Assembly (NCBI RefSeq): GCF_025526975.1
Contig: NW_026515703.1
Coordinates: 248,001 to 310,279, forward strand
Direction: 5' to 3'
DNA from: Fimicolochytrium jonesii
Lineage: Eukaryota
DNA length: 62,279 bases
The notes beneath the pieces are model-generated. The model was given only the letters and a program-made list of their open reading frames with translations, was not told the origin of the DNA and did no database searches. Both the position numbers and the translations under genes were made by a program. Shown piece by piece: positions 14,301 to 27,542 of this stretch (positions are counted from its first letter, which is position 1; each line of letters opens with the position of its first letter).

Positions 14301-16373
14301 ATGTCACACGACTTTGACTACCACGCCGACGCTGACTCCTCGTCAGATAGACCTCGGTACGAGTTGCACGTCATATCCCGTCGATTGCCATTATTGCTTA
14401 TCGTGCTCATTCGGTTATCGTGGTTTATCCCATTACAGCCAAGAAGCGGCGGTGGATGCGACCGGGTTCGAGAAAAGTAGGCTTCTGTTGATGGGTTTGA
14501 GGAGGTGTGTGTGTGTGTGTGTGTGTGTGTGCTTGAATGAGTGAGGAATGGAGAAATTGTGACGAGCGGGAGTGAAAGAACGAGTGGCGAGAGGGAGGAG
14601 GGATTGTCAAGGGATGAGTAGGCGGGAGACGGTCGCATTGTCTCGTAGGCCAATCCCGATCGAAGATGGCGAGCGGACGGGGGGTCTGCGAGCATTCGCG
14701 GTTTCTGGCGGATGATTGCGAACGAGCGAAAGAGTGCTCCCCCTCATGCAGAATCGCCAGAGGAACGGGAGCATAGGATTCCATCCATCGGTCTCGCCAA
14801 GAGCACACCTGTCCGCGAAAGATCTGACGTTTCGTGTCTTCTCGCCTCCCAATTTGTGATCTAGGAGCGGAAAGTCCAGCATTGAACGGGTAGTTTTCCA
14901 CAAAATGTCCCCAAACGAAACGCTGTTTGTGGAAAGCACAACGAAGATACGCAAGGAGAATGTCGTGTAAGGAATCGTTGCGCGATCGCTTGCAAAAGAC
15001 GTGGAAATGTTCATCCAGCGGCCTTGCAGATCATTCATCGACCTGGAGATCTGGGACTTCCCCGGCCATCTCGACCCCCTGGATCCATCTTTTGACGCCG
15101 AAGAAGTCTTTGGAGGCTGCGGGGCCCTGGTCTTTGTCATTGACGCACAGGTATGGGCATGCGTTTCCACCGCGAGGTGTTCCTGCCATCCCGCGAACGA
15201 CCTCCTGAGCTAATCAGCATTTCGCAAAGTGCAGGACGATTACCTAGAAGCATTACAACGGTTATACGTCACCGTCACCCGCGCACATAAAGTCAACCCA
15301 GATGTATCCTTTGAGGTGCTTATACACAAGGTCGATGGGTTGTCGGATGATCACAAAATAGGTGCGCGTGGCTCTCAGGATATCCTCATCGCCGGCACGG
15401 CAGCTCATGCAGTTTTCCTAGAAACACAGCGAGACATCCACCAACGCATAACAGACGAGCTCGCAGACGCCCAACTCGACAACATCCACCTCAGCTTCTA
15501 CCTCACCTCCATCTACGACCACTCCATCTACGAAGCCGTCTCTAAAGTCATCCAAAAGCTCATCCCGCAGTTGCCGACGCTCGAGAATCTGCTGAATATC
15601 CTTTGTTCGGTAGGTACCTCGCGGCGTATTTATAATGTACCTTCTCCTGGCGCTCACGCCAAATTTTTCACATTGTAGAACTCGGGAATAGAAAAAGCCT
15701 TCCTATTCGACGTCCTCTCCAAAATCTACATCGCGACCGACTCCTCACCCGTCGACATGCAGTCCTACGAGCTCTGCAGCGATATGATCGATGTCATATT
15801 GGACGTCTCCAGTATATACGGGTAAGTCCATCTCCCACTCCCTCGTCGATACTTGCCCCACAGTGCGATGTCCTGACTCGTCATTTCCAGACCACCGGGA
15901 AAGGACCCGGCGATCGCAACACCAATGACCACTAGTACGACGAACGGCACCCCACTACCGCCGACGTCCGAAGGCGACGCCCACGCGACCATCAAACTAA
16001 ACAACGGGATGGTGTTATACCTCCGTGAAGTCAACAGGTATGCCCGTCCCCCTCAATCTCTCAACACCCCCGGTTTTCCATCGCTCTGACTCTCAATTTT
16101 TTTGATGGTAGATACCTATCTTTAGTAACCCTCCTCCGCGAGGACAACTTCGAAAAGCAAGGGCTCATCGACTATAATTTCCGCTGTTTCCAAGAGGCGA
16201 TTCGGGATGTGTTTGAGTTGAAGAGGAGGAAGGCGGGGCAGCAGCGCCCAAAGTCGGGGGTTAGTAGGAGGGGAAGTGGGGTCGCGGCTGGGTCAGGGGC
16301 TGGGGGGCATATGAGGGCGGGGTCGGCGGGGACGGGGAAGGCGAGGAGGGAGGGGTTTGGGTATGGGATGTGA
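14301..16373 (+). CDS. GTR2: Rag C/D family GTPase (Gtr2), multi-exon; divergent from calmodulin
   Basis: [33 protein letters not shown] (G1), EIWDFPG (G3), IHKVDG (G4), [56 protein letters not shown]. Confidence 0.95.
14505..14531 (+). repeat. (GT)n microsatellite beginning at a GTR2 intron donor
   Basis: gtgtgtgt... run directly after the ...GLRR exon end. Confidence 0.9.
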
Positions 16374-16945
16374 GCGCAGTTTGGCGCCAGAGGGCTGATT
16401 CGTGTCGGTGGCATCTCTCCATGTTGTACATGCATTACTGCGTCGAAAATTCTTTTTTTGTATATATGATTCCGTTATGCCACAGTGGCGGAATTCCAGG
16501 GGAGCTTTTTCTGTATAGCCGCATCTACGCTGTCATCGGTTGGGGGCGCCCTATTCACAATTCAATGGGGAACCACGAAAAAGAACTAAATGCGTCCATT
16601 TGATGTTGCAGTGGCTCAAGCAATGTCCACGGAAACAGGGCCGGCTGATAAGCGTGCAAAAATCGCGACGAAACGGAGACTATATAAACATCCATCTCAA
16701 ATCATACTTGGATATGAATGTGAACGCCTGGGATGGTGGTTGGATGACGAAGGGACTCCGCAGAAAACGTAGCAAATGCGTGGCTGGAGCCCCGAGAGCT
16801 TGGAAAGGACGAGGAGACGCGCTGTCGATTCCCCAAAATCCACCGTCATTTTGAAAAAGTTGGAACTCAGCTCGTTCTGCAACACTGTAAACCCGTCGCC
16901 TGACACCTATCCAATCCCCCCCGTCTATCTCTCAACAAAACAAAA

Positions 16946-19232
16946 ATGACAACCTACAACGCCCCCGAACCAACCGTCATCGACGAAGACCTCCTCCGCA
17001 AATCCGTCAACGACCAGGCCGCGCCCGAGATTGCCGACGTGGCGAGAAGGGAGGGGATCGATTTTGGGGATGTGGGGGTTTTGCGGTTGGATTACAAGAG
17101 TACGTAGATTTTTGATTCCAAGGCGTTGTGTGCCTTGATAGACAGCCCGTGCTGATGGCTCAATCCAACATTCACTCTCGGCACCCCAGATATTCTGAAG
17201 ATCGATAACCTCTACCTCTTCCAAAACCTCACCAAACTCCAACTGGACAACAACATCATCGAAAAGATCGAAAAGATCGAGTTTCTCAAAAACCTCACCT
17301 GGTTAGGTCTGTCGGTGCTCCCACTCACTGAACCTAGTCTCGCCCATCGTTTGTGGGGATCTCACACATCCCGATCTATTCATTCCGCTAGACCTGTCGT
17401 TCAACAATATCACGAAAATCGAGGGCTTGGCGGGCCTCACGAAGCTGACGGACCTGACGCTGTACAACAACCGGATTGCGAGGTTGGAGGGGTTGGATGA
17501 TTTGGTGAATTTGAATGTGTTGAGTGTGGGGAATAATTTGTTGACTGAGTTGGAGAATGTGAGTATGAGGTGAAAACATGGGGCGGCGTGGGGATGTGGG
17601 ATGGACCGAAGAGAATGGAGGGATACGGGCTACACACATACCCTCACTTGCTAACCTGGCGGAGCGCTTTGACAGGTGACGTATCTATCGAAGTTCAGCA
17701 ACCTGCGCGTGCTCAACCTCTCCGGCAACACGATCTGCAAGCTGCCCAATTTCCGCCACTACATCCTTGCGCACATCCGCGGCCTGCGGTACCTCGATTA
17801 TCGGCTTGTGGATGATGAGTCGGTGAGTGTCGCGCAAAACGAAAAAGCTATTACTTCCCCCCGTCTGATTGATGCTAACGGGGATGACTGACCCTGCTTG
17901 GTTAGGTGAAGGCGGCGAAGGAGCAGTATATAGACGATATCATCGCGCAGGAGGAGGAGGACAAGATTGTGGCGGCAAGGAGGGAGGAGGAAAGACGGGA
18001 GAGGGAGCTGGCGGAGCTTTATGAGGTAGGTTATGCCTTCACAATCTCAGGGGCGATCTCACATGAGGGTCGAGTTCGACACCAACCCCCTTCACACAGA
18101 CCCCACCTAACCCATTTATCTCCCCCCCGGCAGGCCTCCCACATCCCGTCCATCGACACCCTCTTCCCCTCCCTCTTCGCCAGCGACCCCGACTTCCTGC
18201 GCCTCGAGCCCATCATCACGCTCACGCCCTTCACTGAGCTGCGGGCCGAGTACGAGGGGAAAGTGATGGGCGTGCTGGGGGAACTGAAGAGCTTTGTGTT
18301 GAAGAGGAGCGAGGAACGCAGGAGGGAGTGTGAGATGTTCAGGGAGTGTTTGAGGGAGGCGTGTAGGAAGGTCGATGAGGAGTGTTGGGGGGAGTGTAAG
18401 AGGGTGGGGGCGGAGAAGAAGCGGGTAGGTTGTTTTTTCTGCCAAAGGAGGGTTGAGCCGGGGGGGGGGGGGGGGGAAATGAGGGATGTGGAGTTGGCGA
18501 TGGGGGGTATGTATGTACTCGCCTTCAACTCACCGCCCCTTTTCATCCCCCAGACCCTCCTAGCCCTCACGCAATCCCCCGCGCACGAGATCCCGTCCCT
18601 GCTCTCCGCGCTCCGCAGCTCCCTCTCCGCCCTCTCCGACACCCTCCTGACCCACGAGATGACGCTCGTCGAGCAATTCGAAGAAGTCCACAAAGAGTTC
18701 GAGCGCAACTACACCGAGCTCGCCTCCTCCGTCTCCGAGACGGCCGCGAGCGCGTTCGCCCGCCTCCGAGAGTGCGAGAACGAGTTCCAGGAGCGCCTGA
18801 GCGAGGCCGTGCAGAGCGGCGCGGACCGCTTGATCAAGGGCGAGGGCGCCGCGCAGAGGGGTGAGGAAGGCGGGCAGGAAATCGAGGAAGATCTGCGGGA
18901 TGTGAGTATGAGGCACCGTCGGACCGTCACCGGATGGCATTTCCGAACTCAACACCCCGGGAACCTGTACTGAACCCCCCGCACCCCCGTAGATCATATC
19001 CGACAAAGACATCCTCGTGAACCTGATCAACAGCACGCACGACTTCCGCCTGGCCAAATTCGACCACCAGGAAGACACCCTCGTCTCCGGCACCGCGCGC
19101 GACCTCGAGCACCAGCTGGCGCATAACCACGAGACGGAGCTGGCGCGGAACCGGGCAAGGATATGTGAAGTGTGTGCGTTTTTGGAGAAGTGCGCGGCGG
19201 AGGTCGATGCCGCGGAGGAAGGGGTGTATTAG
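16946..19232 (+). CDS. DRC3: Dynein regulatory complex subunit 3 (LRRC48), multi-exon
   Basis: [19 protein letters not shown]...EGIDF..V..LRLDYKNILKIDNL, SDS22-type LRRs ([29 protein letters not shown]), [10 protein letters not shown] cap, then coiled coil with [18 protein letters not shown] and STHDFRL...NRARICEV. Confidence 0.9.
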
Positions 19233-20170
19233 GGGGGTGGGTTGAAGTCATGGAGTGGAGTGGAATCGATGGTGGATGAGTGGATCATGTGTGGGTGCGG
19301 GAGGATGTTGATGGGATGCAGATAGATTAGACGCCCGTGAGGGACGCTTACACCTCTGGGCGATGTATGTACATGGACAGTTCTTGATAACCGGTTTTAT
19401 ATCAATTCGATGCTTGCGTATGAATGGCAGTGTTGTAGTACTCTTTCCGGACTAAAGTCTGTGTCCATACTCAACAGACCAGCGGGTTCCGCCGTTCGAT
19501 TCGTCCACTTAGTATGAAAAGGTGGGCTCAGTTTGAACTCCCTCCCCTCGGAGATGTCTCACGGATTTGCGCTGCACCCCTGCGAAATGAGACGCCAACG
19601 GTTTCAGATGATGCAGAGCCAGGTTTGGGGCACAGTTAGTTCTCTTCGTGCCGGTTGTCAGTGACACCCATCATCGCACACTTTTTGCGCGGGGAGGGTA
19701 TATATATACACATAGACAGGAACACTGGATGTTCAATCTGTCCCGTCCATCCCCGTGGAACACAACACCAAACCCCCCTATTCCCATATCATATCCCCCA
19801 AAATCACAGCAAAACGTATGAAGGTGTAAAGTATGCATTCACTCAGAGCCAAAAAGAAAAGAACAAGAAAGGGACCACTACAACGAAAGGGAGGAGGGGG
19901 GGGGGGGGGATGTGCGTTCTGATGCTTTGCTACGTAAGAGTATGCGAAAGGGGAAAAGTGAACTATAATTGCGGGGGAATCAAATGGAAAAATTGCAAAT
20001 GCGGGTGTTGTGTGTCGTGCGTGCGTGCGTGCGTGCGTTCTATATGCATTGGCTTAAAAGCCTCTAATGCGTGCGTGCGTGCGTGTGGTGTCTGCAGATG
20101 TATGTCTCCAACCCATGTCGAAACCCTCCATCCCGTGACGGCCCCAATAACCCCGACTCCAACATCCCAA

Positions 20171-22422
20171 CTAAACCATAATCGGCACCGGATCCCTATT
20201 CCCCGGCTGCCCATGCGGCACCCTCAACTTCCTCAAATCCCGCTCCCAAATCTCATTCCGTCGTTTCACCTTCAAAATGAAGTCCAACACAACCACCTCC
20301 TCGCGGGCCGTTTCCTCGGCATCGCTTTCATCCACCTCTGGTCCTCTCTTCGGGTCCACAACGTCGTAGTTGACATACCCCGGCGCCTCGGACTCATCCT
20401 CGTCTTCATCGGACGAAGGGTCGTACTCCATCGAGATGTGCATGTTGTGCGCCTGGATCATCTGCTTAGCAATAGCGAGGCGTTGGGCGCGGATGGAGAT
20501 GGGTTCGTAACGGGGCCAGGCTAGCGCCAGGTTCTCCACTGCAGTCATGGTGGAACTACTACTTGGCTCACCGCCCGAAGCGACGATCTCGGCCTGTTGC
20601 TGTGCATTAGCGAGCACGCGACGGATCCGGGGGTCGACTTGCGCTGTCGCAGTTTCGTTGACGGTGTCGTCGATGATCTTGCGGAGGCGTTTGCGGCTTT
20701 TTTCGGATTCTTTGAGTTTGCGTTTGAGGGATTTGACTTCGGTTTGGATTTCGGCTACGGTGCCTTTGCTGTTGTTCGAGGCGCGGTTCGTGCTCGTGGG
20801 TGTGGGAGTGCCCGGTGACCGACGGATGTTCTGCGTGGAGACGTCGGGGGTGAAATGCTCCATGTCGTCGGAATCGGTCATGGTGTCGTATTCGTCACCC
20901 GTTGTGTGGGATTTCGCGCCGCTGCCTGCGCCTGCTGAGCCGCTGTTGGGATTCAGACGACCGAAAGACCATTTGACTCCGCAGGCATTGCAGAGGGTGC
21001 GTTTGCCCGAGGGGCCGCGACGCCATTGAGGGGTGGACGTGACACCACAAGTCTCGCAGCGCTTGCCGGCGTGTGGGGGCGTTCGATCGCGGCTGGATGC
21101 GACGCTGGAGTGCCTGACTGCGAGGTGGGGCGGGAAATGGGCGTGGTGTTGTGGGCGTGCGGTTGATGTAGATGATGATGCTGGTTGATATGCAGTGGAT
21201 GTAGTTTGTTCGAGAAGGGCTTGTTGTATCGCGGATGGGAGGGGCTCGAATGTTGCTGCGCGCTGGGCGGGACTTGACTGGGCTGTAGCTGTTCGGCGCT
21301 GCTTGGGCGCGCTCAGACGGAACTCATCGTCGTCTTCGCCTGGGTAGTTGCGTCTCCTCTTGGAACGGGTGCCAGCCGGGCGCAAAGCCATAGTGGTCGT
21401 CCGTCGCTCTGGAGATGCCTCCTCATCGTCTTGGCTAAGGCCGAGGGCGTGTTCTCCGTCGGACGAAGAGGGCACGACGTCGCTAGGGCCACTTGCATCC
21501 GATGGGTGTTGTTTGTCAGCGGAAAGCTCTTCGGTCAGAGCTGCCGAAGCCGGGCCAGTAAGGATGCCGGAGGCATGCAAGAGAGTGTCGATGCCTGTAG
21601 GAGCCGAAGATGATGAAGGTGGAGTTGGGTTGATGGTGTCTTCCTTGATCTGAGCGATCGGTGTTGTCGGAGCAGAAGACGATGATGGTCCCAATGGTGG
21701 GTTAGGCGCCTCTTGAAGGATCCGTTTTCTGCGGTCCTTGGTGGAGGTCTGCTCGTCGCCCGGTTGTGGGATGTATGAAAACAACGGATCCAGTTCCCTG
21801 TCAACGCCATGGATAGCTGCTATCTTGCGAGCACTTCCCAGCGGTACCCATGTTCCTGTGGAATCGCAATAAGATGGGATGATCAGAAACAGAAACAAAA
21901 ACAAAAAAGAGGTGAGAATGTGCCGCCAGTAGGATTCGAAAGTGTGGTCATCCATCGCGAAGGATGGTTGGGCGGTGGATGATGAACGATACCCCGCTGG
22001 CTCCGAGGATGTTGGATGGCAGTGGGCGGAGCAGCTCGCTTCGCTCGCAAAAGATCTGAACGCTCGCCGATGCTCGCTATCCGCCTATCGGTCTCCCAGA
22101 CCGAACCAAAACCTCGCTAACGCTCGGTAATGCACTGTGCTCGCACCGCTCGCCCGCCGCTCACACTTCGTTCCGCTGCCTCACCTTGAAACCCAGCGTA
22201 ACCCCCCTGAACCTTCTCATGCACGCCACCCGTAACATCCCTCTCCAAAATCTTTGTCCTTTGAGGCTTGGGCAGACCGGCGGCTCTGAGTATCTGAGTC
22301 GCGTTGATATAGGCGTCGCCCATTCGTCTCATGACTGGAATCCCACGACACATGGTCTCGTAGACGCGCACGCCTGAGTAGGAGGCTGCGCGGATGGCGC
22401 CGTTTGGGAGGGCCTGGGGCAT
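20171..22422 (-). CDS. KilA-N/APSES (Mbp1/Swi4-type) DNA-binding domain fused to a GATA zinc finger; exons 22422-~22185 and ~21856-20171
   Basis: [74 protein letters not shown], followed later by [27 protein letters not shown] and a short coiled coil. Confidence 0.9.
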
Positions 22423-25400
22423 TGTGGCGGTGTTGGACTGGGTGGAGTGGGTACGATGAGTGGTGAGGATGGATGTGATTGCGTGTGGTTCTTTTCGATG
22501 GTGAGAAAGGAGCGGAAGTCGGTGATGATGACTGACGAAGGCCTTGAACCGAGAGTGGGAACGAACGTGTGACAGGCAGGAGTCGAACGATGAGGCCTCG
22601 AGGTGTAGGATGCAGCGCCTAACGCGTGCGAAGTGGTGGAGGGTTCTCTCGAAGTCCGATACGAGATGGGAACACGATCCCGAGTGGAGAGAATTTGCTC
22701 TCGCGTCAGAATGCAGGATGGCTGCACGATGAGGGCTGAGAGCTGGAAGTGGAGGATGAGTTGGGCAGTGAGGCTTTCTGTGGCTGGAGGGTTTTGTTTG
22801 TTTTTGTTGCGGAGAAAGGAAAGGGGAGCGTTTGAGGAGGGAAAAAAAAGGGAGGGGAAGTCCTCGTTCGCTCGCCTTCCGTTGCACGCGCGGATTACTT
22901 ACTACTCTACGTGCGAGAGGCGAAAGAAAGGTCAGCCATACATGTTACCACGAATACCCCCTCCACCCCTAACCCCCATCATCGTAACTCCCTCCCTACG
23001 CATACGAACCTCAGGACAAGTGTTTCATCAACCCTTTGCAGTTTGCGTGCAAAAAGCAGTCTAACACGTCGAAATTTTTGATGGGTGTGGATCCGCGAAT
23101 AGTTCACGAGTGAGATTAAAAATAGCGTACAGTACTGTACTATGGGCGCTTACTACCACGGGTTTGTCTCTCTGACGTTCGAGACAAAGGGAGGGAGGGA
23201 TGAGGTTGGAGGGAGAACGAGGCCCTGGCGAGACGGGCCTGCTGGCCTTTTATCAGGATTTCGGGACTACGTCTCTCACTCAGGCCATACTACGTACGCC
23301 TGGCAGGGAGATAACTTACAAATGCCTCGCTCGGAGATATTTGATTATGGAACATTTAAGCATATCTCTCATCTCGCCTCAGCCTCAAGTGAAGTGAGCG
23401 AGGGTATGCGAGACGACGACCGGAAGTGCTTCCGCCATTGCGACGATGGCGTCTGTGTGTCTGTGCCCTGCCGGTTATCGCACGTTTTTTTCTTCTTCTG
23501 GGGAGAGTCTCGTCCATTCTCCTCACGCTGACAATCGCATGCACCTCACCGCGTACCGGGTGCTTTGAGCGCCTGCTACCCAGGCAGTCGTTCCGGACCG
23601 CGGCCCAGATCCGTGGTAGATTGTTGGCCTGTTCGACGCGTTCAGACGTTGCTATTTCAGATCGGCGTCTGTTTTTAGACCCCGCCCTTCCCGCTCGTTC
23701 TGAGAAGTTGGGTGAAACGGCGTCTCCAATGCCTTTATGCGCTCGACCTCCTTGCTCACTCCTGGGCCTCCCTGGTGACTAAGTCTGTCTCAACTCACCT
23801 CAACTCGTACGTCTCCGCGTCGAATGTTGGTGATGAGGCTTGCGTCTCGTTCGCAGCGTTTCTTCCAGCTGCTGATGTCTGTTTGCGATACGATAACCAC
23901 AGCGACAATTCTGGCCAGGAAGGTGTACGTCGATGCATCGCTCAACACAATCGCTCCACCCTGCGCCATCTCGTAATGATCATGCACTCAGGCGACGATG
24001 ATGCGATACGTCGTGAATCACAGTGAATTTGCAGAAACCGGCAATGTGTCTGGTGCAGGTGTCAACGGAGGTGCCATGTAACTCACGGCACGTATGCAAA
24101 ATGGTACATTATTCAACCAGGACGGATGGACTTCCATTCCAGTTACTCACGAAAAGACAGGAAAACGCGTCCATAATAGCAACGAAACGCATTTCGTCGT
24201 GTCCTTTCTCTTCACATTCAGCGCGTGGGGCATCCTGAATCAAAGCGAGCCATCGCAAACAAGACGTTCTGGAACTTCATGCCGCCTCCCCCCCTCCCCC
24301 CACCTAGTTGTATCTCGTGCATCCCGAAGGTTCCTGGCGCTGATGAAAAAGAACCACCTTATGCTCCCGTTAAAATGTAAAACTTCACGAGCGGGATTTG
24401 GGCGTCATCGATCACCAGAATCACCACCAACTTGCGGTCATCGTGAAAGGGAAACTGAACTCACCGGCATGGTTGGTGTGCACGCTTCCAATTTTGTGTA
24501 TCCATGTAACGCCCGCAATCACGATACCCGTATATCGCCAATGGCACACACCGCGGCTATATCGGACAGAAGAACAAACGAGGTCCGCATCGTGCCCAAA
24601 GACAAATCAACGACAAGCATGGGCGATTCAACGAAGCGGACGACGCGAGAACAGCTGTATTGACCTGTTCTGGGCTGGACACTGTCAGTTGGACCAGGGG
24701 TTGCATCGGTGTTACTGGGAAGCACGACGGCTCCGCGATCGAACGTACTGGTAAGCAAATTATCAGCTCGGCTGCTACGGTGAAGGCAGAGGACCGCAAG
24801 CTCGGCCGATCTGTTCCGGACATCTTTTCCCGGTCATCTCCTCCTCCCGGACATCATGTCGAAGAAATCATAAAACCGGAGGATCGCGTGAGGCGACCGA
24901 ACCGAACGGGAGACCTGAGAATGCAAATACATCGACGGAGTTTATGCATGACAAATGCTGCGTTGAGAGGATGAGACACAATATCCTGGCGGCTGCAGGG
25001 CTGACACTATAATAGAGTCGTGAATGGACTGTGTATGGACTGTCATGCCATGTTCGCCGCCCGGTTTGAATTGCACGCTGCCTGCAGACGCGACCGGCTC
25101 CGACTCCTTCGAAGCTGGGTCCTTCCGCACTTGTGATATGTCTCTTATAGCGGGCGGGATATATACCTCCGGGCCGCATCCCATGCCCATTGTCGTTACA
25201 AGAAGGGGGGGAATATCAAACTCCCCGGGCAGCCTGAGGGGATACCAGTTCGCAACAAACGCGCAGACGCTTCGTCTCAACGGACCCGACGGACTTCATG
25301 CTTCACTGAACCTAAACATCGTGCGCCTCCGGGTTGACGGATGTAGATGCGCGAGAACCAAACGGACGCCAGCGCATAAGCCCGGTCATTTGGAGAAGGC

Positions 25401-25976
25401 ACCGAAACATCCGTGGAACGTAGGGGTAGGCCTACATGTTGGAGCATCTGGGGTGGTGGTGGCGGATTGGTCAAGCGATCAACGTTTGACGAAAGGTATG
25501 TATTGTCGTAACGTCGAAGAGTATTACGCCTTGTTGCAGATGTTGTTTTGTTGCGTTACGAGTATTATACTCTGTGGGAACAATAATCATGAACAAACCA
25601 AACCATGGCGGAGATCTGCTTGGCCCTTCCAGTGGGCCACAGGATTCGCGACTGGGTGGATGCCATCGTGTGGAACGAAGTGGTAAGCATTGATACCGTG
25701 CTTCTTCGACGTATCAACCCGCCAGGAAAAATCGCATGCCATTTCCATGTATTCGAGGTTCCTTGCTTCACCATTCCCTTCTTCTTTCCTACACGTCAAT
25801 GGTGACTCCGTCCTTCCGCCTGATGTTCTTCGCATGTATGACAATGCCCATCTCGTACGCTCTCCTAGTGACTTGACCATATGGGATAACGGCCACTCGA
25901 GGGAGGGACTCCGTGACCTGCGCGAGCGAAGGCACGCGATGATAACGGATTGTGCGGAGATATGTGAAAGATCGGT

Positions 25977-26795
25977 GGCTAGGGTGCAGTTTAGCGGGTT
26001 TTGCCCCCGTAGCCCACCCGATCCAGAACCCACCAAACTACACTGCTTTTACTGCGCGTCCACAGCCCACCCCGCTTCTACTCGGTGAGAACACGCAGAA
26101 TCTTGACCCACCATCTCGCAATTCCAAACCCAGACCCCTAGCCGGCGCAATTCCAAACCCAATCACGCCCAACATGGAGCCGTTCTCCAGCCCCACCCTA
26201 CGCGCTGCAGAGGAGTACCCTTGGTCGCAAGATTGCGAGGAATTTGAATTGGAAATGGCTGAAGAAGACTATGACCAGGCATTCACTGAAGCAATTGAGC
26301 GGGAGAAGGTGAATATTTCGGAAGAACAGGAGATAGAAGCCCGCTTAGGACTAGCCAACTCTTGTCACCAGCACTTGTGCTATGATGATCCCGGTGCCAA
26401 CACAGACCCGTTCTTGCCCACCGACAGTGAGCATTCCGGCTCGCCCACCGACACCGAGCATTCCAGCGAGCATTCCCAAGACGAGGAACCTACTGAACAC
26501 CTAGACCTCACCTGGGAAGATATTTTTGAGATAACAAGGACCGTTGAAAGCACAGTCCAGTTCTGTCTCAATCAGAGACTTATTTTGACCAAACGGACGT
26601 GCCCAAAGCCAAACTGCCGTGGCAGCGACATGAGCCTGGTGAAGGACCAGACAATAATCGACGGGCTCCGCTGGCGCTGCAAACGTGCAGGTTGTCGCAA
26701 AACCCTCTCAGTTCGGACCGGTTTTTGAGTGTAGTTTGGTGGGTTCTGGATCGGGTGGGCTACGCGCGGAAAACCCGCTAAACTGCACCCTTACC
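25977..26795 (+). mobile_element. Internally deleted Merlin/IS1595-like DNA transposon (819 bp, 68-bp TIRs)
   Basis: TIRs 25977-26044 and 26728-26795 (GG[CT/TA]AGGGTGCAGTTTAGCGGGTTTT..CGTAGCCCACCCGATCCAGAACCCACCAAACTACACT). ORF 26174-26728 ends in CPKPNC...DGLRWRCKRAGCRKTLSVRTG, resembling the N-terminal zinc ribbon of Merlin/ISXO2 transposases, and stops at the right TIR. No DDE domain; TSD not clear. Confidence 0.75.
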
Positions 26796-27542
26796 GTTTC
26801 GGCGAGCAAGTGTATGCCAAAATCTACACCTCCATCCAGTCCTCGACGCTTTCTACTTTGGGATAACACAGCAGGAGATGTCGTCGAAAGACCGAATGCC
26901 AAACTTAAGAATCCCCGTCTCTGAGCACCCCTCTGGATGGGATCTACCCCTTTATTGACCTGAACATCCGATACCAGGTCTCCGGCAAACCTTGTTCTCG
27001 GCCAGATCCTATTCTGGGCACCTTTGCATTGCGAGGACATTCGACAGACGATCCAAGGGGATATACTGTACATTCCAGAACCCGTAAGGCGGGGTTCTTC
27101 GACGGGTGGCTCTCATTAGCCACAGTCGGAATTTTGGATACGAGAATCATCCCATTATCCCAAATTTAGGGGTTTAAGTGTTGCATTGCCGTAATTCATC
27201 AGAGACGCGCGCTGTCGAAATCGGTCATCCAGCGTCAATTTCATTGTTGCTGGGTGACAATCAGGTCCTATCATAAGCTTGTTTTTCGGTCGAAGCCATC
27301 CCTACGGCTCCAGCTGCATTGCATTTCATGCTTGCGTCACTACGGTCTGCTCGTATAGACTATTGTCGCATCCGCTCCGATAAATACCTCGGTCCGTCCA
27401 GGGCCACCTTCTTTCGTTACAACAATCTTTCATCCAAAGCAGAAGGGCCCCTGCCCTACAAGTGCTCGTCCACATACACTACCCGACGAACGTAGCCGCC
27501 AACGCATTTTCAAACTACAATTGTTGGAGCGCTAACCCGACG

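Noticed and set aside
23100..25680. Scattered ORFs possibly forming a gene
   Set aside because: May be a decayed gene, but no recognisable motif or consistent exon chain could be built.
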